From the human T2T-CHM13v2.0 reference genome, Homo sapiens: a DNA stretch of 64,000 nt. The translations under genes and the position numbers were made by a program. Every line of letters begins with the position of its first letter. Position 1 is the first letter of the stretch. Below are positions 58,211 through 64,000 of the stretch, piece after piece. The stretch spans positions 31,200,001 to 31,264,000 of the forward strand of contig CP068257.2 in assembly GCA_009914755.4 (NCBI GenBank), given 5' to 3'. Under the pieces are notes generated by a model. It was not told the DNA's origin and searched no databases. It worked only from the letters and a program-made list of their open reading frames with translations.

Positions 58211-58791
58211 AAAAAAAGTTCTGCCAAAGAAGAAATCAATATTCCAGTGACACACTTGATTTTCAGAAACTTTGGTATCGGTGGCTTTTCTTTTAGCAGA
58301 TTGAAAAAAAAATTCATAAATTTGGTGATAGGCTGGGGGGAAACAAGACAAACTTATGCAAGGCTGGTGAGAATGTAAATTTGTGCGACCCCTACAGTGG
58401 GTAGTGGAGCGATAGATATGAAAGCAGAAATTCATAGATCCTTTTGCCCAACAATCTCAATCCTGGGAACAGCCCTGATAAGAGTGAAAGATTGACAAAT
58501 AACCCAACTGTCCATCAATATTAGTAAAGGACTGTTGAATCGATCAGTACATCTCCACAATGGAAGACCATGTGGCTGTAAGTAAAGAATGAGCAGTGTT
58601 GTATGGACTGCTGTGGAATAATCTCTAGGATATGTTGTAATGTGCAAAAAAGCAGAGGCAAGTACCATGTGTACTTAACTCGCACAGTGAGTTCACCATG
58701 TGAGTGAACTCTTGTATTAAGAAAAAATAATGTCTATATATTTGCTTACACATACCCTGAAATGTACATAAGAAACTTGCTGGCCAGGCGC

Positions 58792-59243
<452 letters not shown>

Positions 59244-60789
59244 TTATCTATCTGTGAGCATATGTGTGATGGGAGGACAAGAATTGAGAAGATGGGATCA
59301 GGAAGAGGAGGGAGGACATATGATTATCTATCTATCTATCTACACACATGCATATATACATATATATACACACACATACATATGCACTATGTGTATGTAA
59401 CTCCCTGTGAAAATATTTTCTATTCAACAAATTAAAAAAAAAAAACTTTAGTCAGAAGTGAAATTACATAGAATTTGGGATGCCTTGCCATAAATGGCCT
59501 CTCCATAGTACCTCATCCTGGCATCACCTAAATGGGAGGGTTCTACCCCAATAGCTGAAAGCCCTGCCTGAGCCTTGGGGGCTCTGTGCTGTGGCCAGTG
59601 CTGGACCATGCAGCTCTGGATGCCCCCGACCTGCCGTTCCTCTGACCACTCATGAGAAGCCCACAGGGGCAGCTCTGCCCCCTCACCTTCTACTTCCATT
59701 GTTCCCACTTTTAGAGACCAGAATTTTCCCCAAACAAGTCAACATCTTGCTGTGTTTGCAGAAAACATCCTAGCATTGGAGGGACTGCCAGATGGAAAAA
59801 TAGCTCCCCTTTTCCATTTAGAAGTGGCTTGTTTGATTTCAAAATATAAACCCTGTCCTAATAATAAAAATTACTTTTTTTCTCAGAGATGTGCCAAAGA
59901 CCCTCACCATCTATCCACAGGAGAATGTTCCATTTTTTTGGATGCCTCATAGTCACCTGGTGTGGGGGACAGACCCTGTGGTGGCCCCACGGTCCGCACC
60001 TCCTGGTATTCACACCCTTGTGTGCTGCCCTCCCCTTGAGTGTGGGCAGACCCTGTGACTTGCTTCATAGTAGAATGTGACAAAGATGATGGGCTGTCAC
60101 TCCTGGGCTTACGTTACATCGTGCGAAACCCGACTTACAAACAGATTTGCTTTTGTGCTCTTGCTGGCCTTGAAGAAGCAGGCTGCCATGTCGCGAATTG
60201 TCCATGCAGAGGCCACATGGCACATGAAGTGTGAACCATAAAAGAAAAGTTGACAAATGGTAATGATGCCTAGGAAAGAAAGATAAAGAAAAAGGGGTGC
60301 AGGAAAAACAAGAGGCCCAGCACCACAGAGTTAAAAGCAGTGTTTTGCTGGCTAATGCCAAACATGGACAACCAAGCCACAGATTTTTCCATAGCCCGAG
60401 AAGTTTTGTTTTTCTCAATGAAAAATCAGAAGACTTTGCATTAAAGCATATCAGTGATATAGATAGCCTCAAATAATCAAAAAGAATTTACAAAGCTGTA
60501 CAACTCTGGTGTCAGTTAGCTTGGTGGAATGACACTGTTGCTCTCTTTTCTGTCTAATGGGCATTTCCTTCTAAGATATTAGTTCTGCCTCCCACGTATT
60601 GCTGCTACTGGATGCTTGACGGCTGTGAGTCTCAGGCATGGGGGACTGACGGTTTTGGTGTGTGTCTGGGTGAGCACAAATTACCTGAATGCTGATGTGG
60701 TAGGCGTCTCCTGGAAAGAACACTGTCTTTAATTGACTTAATGTTATTTTCACCTGGATAAAAATTTCAAATTTTTATACTATTTGTAT

Positions 60790-61183
60790 TTTCTTTCCTT
60801 CTTTCTTCTTTTTTCTTTCTCTTTCCTTTCTTCTTTTCTTTCTTTCTTTCTTTCTTTCTCTCTTTCTTTCTTTCTTGCTCCCTGTCTCTCTCTCTCTCCC
60901 TTCCTTCCTTCCTAACTTCCTTTCTTCCCTCCTTCCTTCTTTCTTCCTTTTTCTTTCTTCTTTCTTTCCTTTCTTTTCCTCTTTCTTTCTTTTCTTTTTT
61001 CTTTCTCCTTTCTTTCTTTCTTTTTTCTTTCTTTCTTTCTTACTTTCTCTTCCTTCCTTCTCTCTTCCTTCCTTTTCTTCCTTCTTTATTTCTCTCTGTC
61101 TCTCTCTTTCTGTCTCTCTCTGTCTCTCTCCCTCTCTTTCTGTCTCCCCCTTTTTTTCTTCCTTTTCTCTTTTCTTCCTTTCA
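60790..61183 (+). repeat. ~400-bp near-pure polypyrimidine (CTTT/TTCC/TCTC)n tract, a mirror-repeat-rich potential H-DNA sequence
   Basis: ttctttccttctttcttcttttttctttctctttcctttcttcttttctttctttctttctttctttctctc...ctctctctctcccttccttccttcc...ttctgtctctctctgtctctctccctctctttctgtctccccc. About 98% C/T on the plus strand. Confidence 0.95.
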
Positions 61184-61185
61184 TG

Positions 61186-61455
61186 GGTCTCGTTCTGTCA
61201 CCCAGGCTGGAGTGCAGTGGTGCAATCCTCGCTCACTGCAGCCTCAAACTCCTGGGGCTCAAATGATCCTCTCACCTCAGCCTCCTGAGTAACTGGAACT
61301 ACAGGTTTACGCTATCACACCTGACTAATTTTTAAATTTTTTGTAGAGATGGGATCTCACTATGTTGCCTAGGCTAGTCTTGAACTCTTGGCCTCAAGCA
61401 ATCCTCCTGCCTCAGCCTCTCAAAGTGCTGGGATTACAGTCACCCTGCCTGGCCC
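61186..61455 (-). mobile_element. Alu SINE (antisense, older subfamily) abutting the polypyrimidine tract
   Basis: gggtctcgttctgtcacccaggctggagtgcagtggtgcaatcctcgctcactgcagcctcaaactcctggggctcaaatgatcc ... gggattacagtcaccctgcctggccc. The pyrimidine tract occupies the position of the Alu poly-A/T tail. Confidence 0.85.
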
Positions 61456-61982
61456 ATTTTTTTTTCTTTAGGGAGCTAGGGGTGAGTGTTTTGCATTTTC
61501 GTTTCCTCTCTTGTACTGTCAGCCTGGCTTCTGTTAGCACTCCTGTGTCTGGAGGACCAGGAAATCCCAGCCTAGAAGACTACCTAGAAGCTCCTTCCTG
61601 GCCAGAGAGGAGGACTGAGAACACCATAGCAAAGGGCTGCTGTTCTGAGCATGAGCAGAACCCCCCTTAGACCTAACTTCCTGCTTTTCCTCTATGACAG
61701 CCTCGAGGTCTTTAGGAAAACGGTGACTCTGGAGCACAGCCCTGGATCCCTGATGGCAGGTGGATGAATCTGCTCCCCACCTGGATGCTGCTAGTCCTTT
61801 CTCCAGGCTCCGTGACTGAAAATGTGCTTTACTTGGCAAAAGCTGTTTCTCCTCAGAACTCTAGAAATCAGATCTTGGCCCACCTCTTTCAGGTAAGGAC
61901 CTTCTTAAAATTGATGCTTGACCCAACTAAATTTGAATTACACCCTATCCCTCTTGGCCTTGTAAAATCGTATGTATATATT

Positions 61983-62270
61983 TTGAGACGAAGTCTTGCT
62001 CTGTTGCCTAGGCTGGCATACAGTGGTGTGAGCTCAGCTCACTGCAACCTCTAACTCTGAGGTTCAAGTGATTCTCCTGCCTCAGCCTCCCAAGTAGCTG
62101 GGACTTACAGGCACACACCATCACGCCCAGATAATTTTTCTATTTTTAGTAGAGATGGGGTTTCACCGTGTCGCCCAGACTGGTCTCGAACTCCTGAGCT
62201 CAAGTGATCCGCCCGCTTCAGCCTCCCAAAGTGCTGGGATTACAAATGTTAGCCACCACCCCTGGCCCAT
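61983..62270 (-). mobile_element. Alu SINE (antisense)
   Basis: ttttgagacgaagtcttgctctgttgcctaggctggcatacagtggtgtgagctcagctcactgcaacc ... gggattacaaatgttagccaccacccctggccc. Confidence 0.9.
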
Positions 62271-62284
62271 ATAGAATTACTGTA

Positions 62285-62420
62285 GAGTTCAAATTCTGGT
62301 TCTTGCATGTCCTGGCTGTATGACCTTGTGCAAGTTACTTAACATCTATGTGCCTCATTTTCCTCATCTGCAAAATTACCTCTCCTTGGTGTCAGCATGA
62401 GGATTAAATAAGAAAATGAA
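62285..62420 (+). mobile_element. MIR SINE fragment
   Basis: gttcaaattctggttcttgcatgtcctggctgtatgaccttgtgcaagttacttaacatctatgtgcctcattttcctcatctgcaaaattacctctccttggtgtcagcatgaggattaaataag is a near-consensus MIR core. Confidence 0.75.
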
Positions 62421-63015
62421 GTCTAAAGTTAGTATCATTGGAAAAAGATAAATCAGGTTCCCATACTCATGGCTTACTAAGTATTAATTGGGGGGAGGAG
62501 GTTAATTCATTGTGTGGTCAGGAATTCCTTTCATGGATCAGTAATCAACGCATAAGTCCACCTTCATCTGGTTGGAAACAGTGTTGGTGATGGTGGGGAG
62601 GGGTCATTTGTAGGAGGAGATATTTAGTCATGTGACTCATCACTGTTCTACCACATATCCACAGGAGGCAGCCTTTAGGCTAGAACTATGAAAGCAGTTA
62701 GGATGGAAAATTGGAAAGTGGTTCCAGGGGACAGCCTAGGATAGATACAGATTTTCAAAAATTGAGATTTAAATGTCAGCAACATTGCTCATTAATTAAC
62801 TTGTTTGACAAACATTGAGTGCCATATCCTACCTTCTGGTCCCATCAAAAGGAGTAAAACTCAGCCCTCATCCTCAAGGAGCACTTAGATCAAGCCAACT
62901 TGTTGGTTTTTAAATTGTATTTGATAATGCATTGGACTTTGCTAAATTCTAGAGAATACTTACAAAATCAAATGCATGTCTAATCATGTAAAATGAGGGA
63001 CACGTAAGAATAACC

Positions 63016-63397
63016 GGGTGTATTAGTTCATTCTCATGCTGCTATAAAGAACTGCCTGAGATTAGGTAATTTATAAAAGAAAGAGGTTTAATTAACTCAC
63101 AGTTCTGAATGGCTGGGGAGGCCTCAGGAACCTTACAATCATGGTGGAAGGGGAAGCAAACACATCCTTCTTCACATGCTAGCAGGAAGGATAAGTGCTG
63201 AGCAAAAGGGGGAAAAGCCTCTTATAAAACCATCAGATCTTGTGAGAACTCATTTACTATCACAAAAATAGCAGCATGAGGGTAACCGCCACCATGATTC
63301 AATTACCTCCCACTGGGTCCCTCCCATGAAATGGGGGGATTATGGGAACTACAATTCAAGATGAGATTCGGGTGGGGACGCAGCCAAACCATATCAC
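63016..63397 (-). mobile_element. MaLR solo LTR (THE1/MST-type), antisense
   Basis: gtattagttcattctcatgctgctataaagaactgcctgagattaggtaatttataaaagaaagaggtttaattaactcacagttctgaatggctggggaggcctcaggaaccttacaatcatggtggaagg ... ccaccatgattcaattacctcccactgggtccctcccatgaaatggggggattatgggaactacaattcaagatgagattcgggtggggacgcagccaaaccatatca. Confidence 0.85.
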
Positions 63398-64000
63398 TGG
63401 AAGTGAATAGAATTTGTTGAGACAAATTGAAGAGTAATTTGTTTTATTGAAGTGAGTGCAACTCATTGGTATTTTACTGTGTTCTGGGATCCAGGAGCCC
63501 AGTTTTTAGAACCTCCTCCAACCAAGACCACTTCATTATTCCAGCAGACTCACTGACCCTTTCTTATGTACAGTTTTCACTACTTTCCCAGATCCCTTGT
63601 GTTTAGATCTGGCAAAAAAACTAGTTCTAGCCAAAGAAATATGCACCCTGACCAAACTTAGACAATTGAGTATCTGCTTTCCACAGGCTCTTTCTATTTC
63701 ACAGCAACCTTGCAGGCCATGTGTTAAAAATGGTGCTATACAAGATGAAAGGAGTCTGGGATCCTGAGTTACTGCTTGGGAGGGAAATTTTCAATCTAAA
63801 ATGGATTGTGGTACAAGCAGAAATAAACCTGTCATGTGTTAAACCACAGAGGTTTGGGGGATGTTTGTTACTGCAGCTTGTGTAATTTACCCTGACTAAT
63901 ATACTCTGTTACCATCCTTGACAGGGCATATCTGGTCTTTCTATCTAATGCTACCTCTGGGTTTTAGTGGGAAAGAGGCCTCAAGGAAAGGGATTCTGTA

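Noticed and set aside
58380-58790. Possible continuation of L1 3'-end-related sequence after 58210.
   Set aside because: Similarity to L1 consensus by eye is weak and patchy. It is left unannotated pending RepeatMasker.
60875-61288. 137-aa ORF MLPVSLSLPSFLPNFLSSLLPSFFLF....
   Set aside because: It is a translation of the polypyrimidine (CTTT/TTCC)n tract: low-complexity F/L/S/P with no coding evidence.

Overview
This window is primate (almost certainly human) nuclear genomic DNA, not a prokaryotic or phage locus. It contains no operon-like gene arrays, CRISPR arrays, rRNA genes or tRNA genes, and nothing supports a bacterial-type defence or other novel protein-coding system. It looks like ordinary repeat-rich intergenic or intronic sequence.

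About 22 Alu SINEs (roughly 10% of the window) are present on both strands, mostly in the young AluS/AluY-like form, many with readable target-site duplications. Several MIR SINE fragments, a MADE1 mariner-derived fragment and numerous microsatellites are also present. The microsatellites include (AAAT)n, (AAAAT)n, (CA)n, (TG)n, (TATC)n, (CAA)n and a ~400-bp polypyrimidine tract.

The main transposable-element structures are:
- MaLR (THE1/MST-type) LTRs: a complete 2.29-kb LTR-internal-LTR element at 42289-44575, three solo or partial LTRs, and a possible degraded two-LTR element at 8896-10905.
- L1 fragments, one of them a 5'-truncated 3' end with a 17-bp target-site duplication.
- A partly degraded L1 ORF2 segment that was later interrupted by an Alu and by the full-length THE1-like element.
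- Two ~480-bp direct repeats about 6.1 kb apart (21755-22235 and 28313-28790). Read on the minus strand they have classic LTR architecture, so this is a candidate old ERV provirus remnant.

The only recognisable gene-derived sequence is a 5'-truncated, frameshifted processed pseudogene of ribosomal protein L10 (RPL10/QM) on the minus strand at about 9589-10050. It sits between two same-orientation copies of an MST-type MaLR LTR.

I could not support any bona fide protein-coding exon. The six-frame ORFs are overwhelmingly translations of Alu, microsatellite or GC-rich low-complexity sequence.

Observations worth follow-up are listed in the findings: a ~320-bp inverted duplication with a ~500-bp spacer, several CpG-retaining unique blocks, a long near-pure polypyrimidine mirror tract and the candidate provirus.
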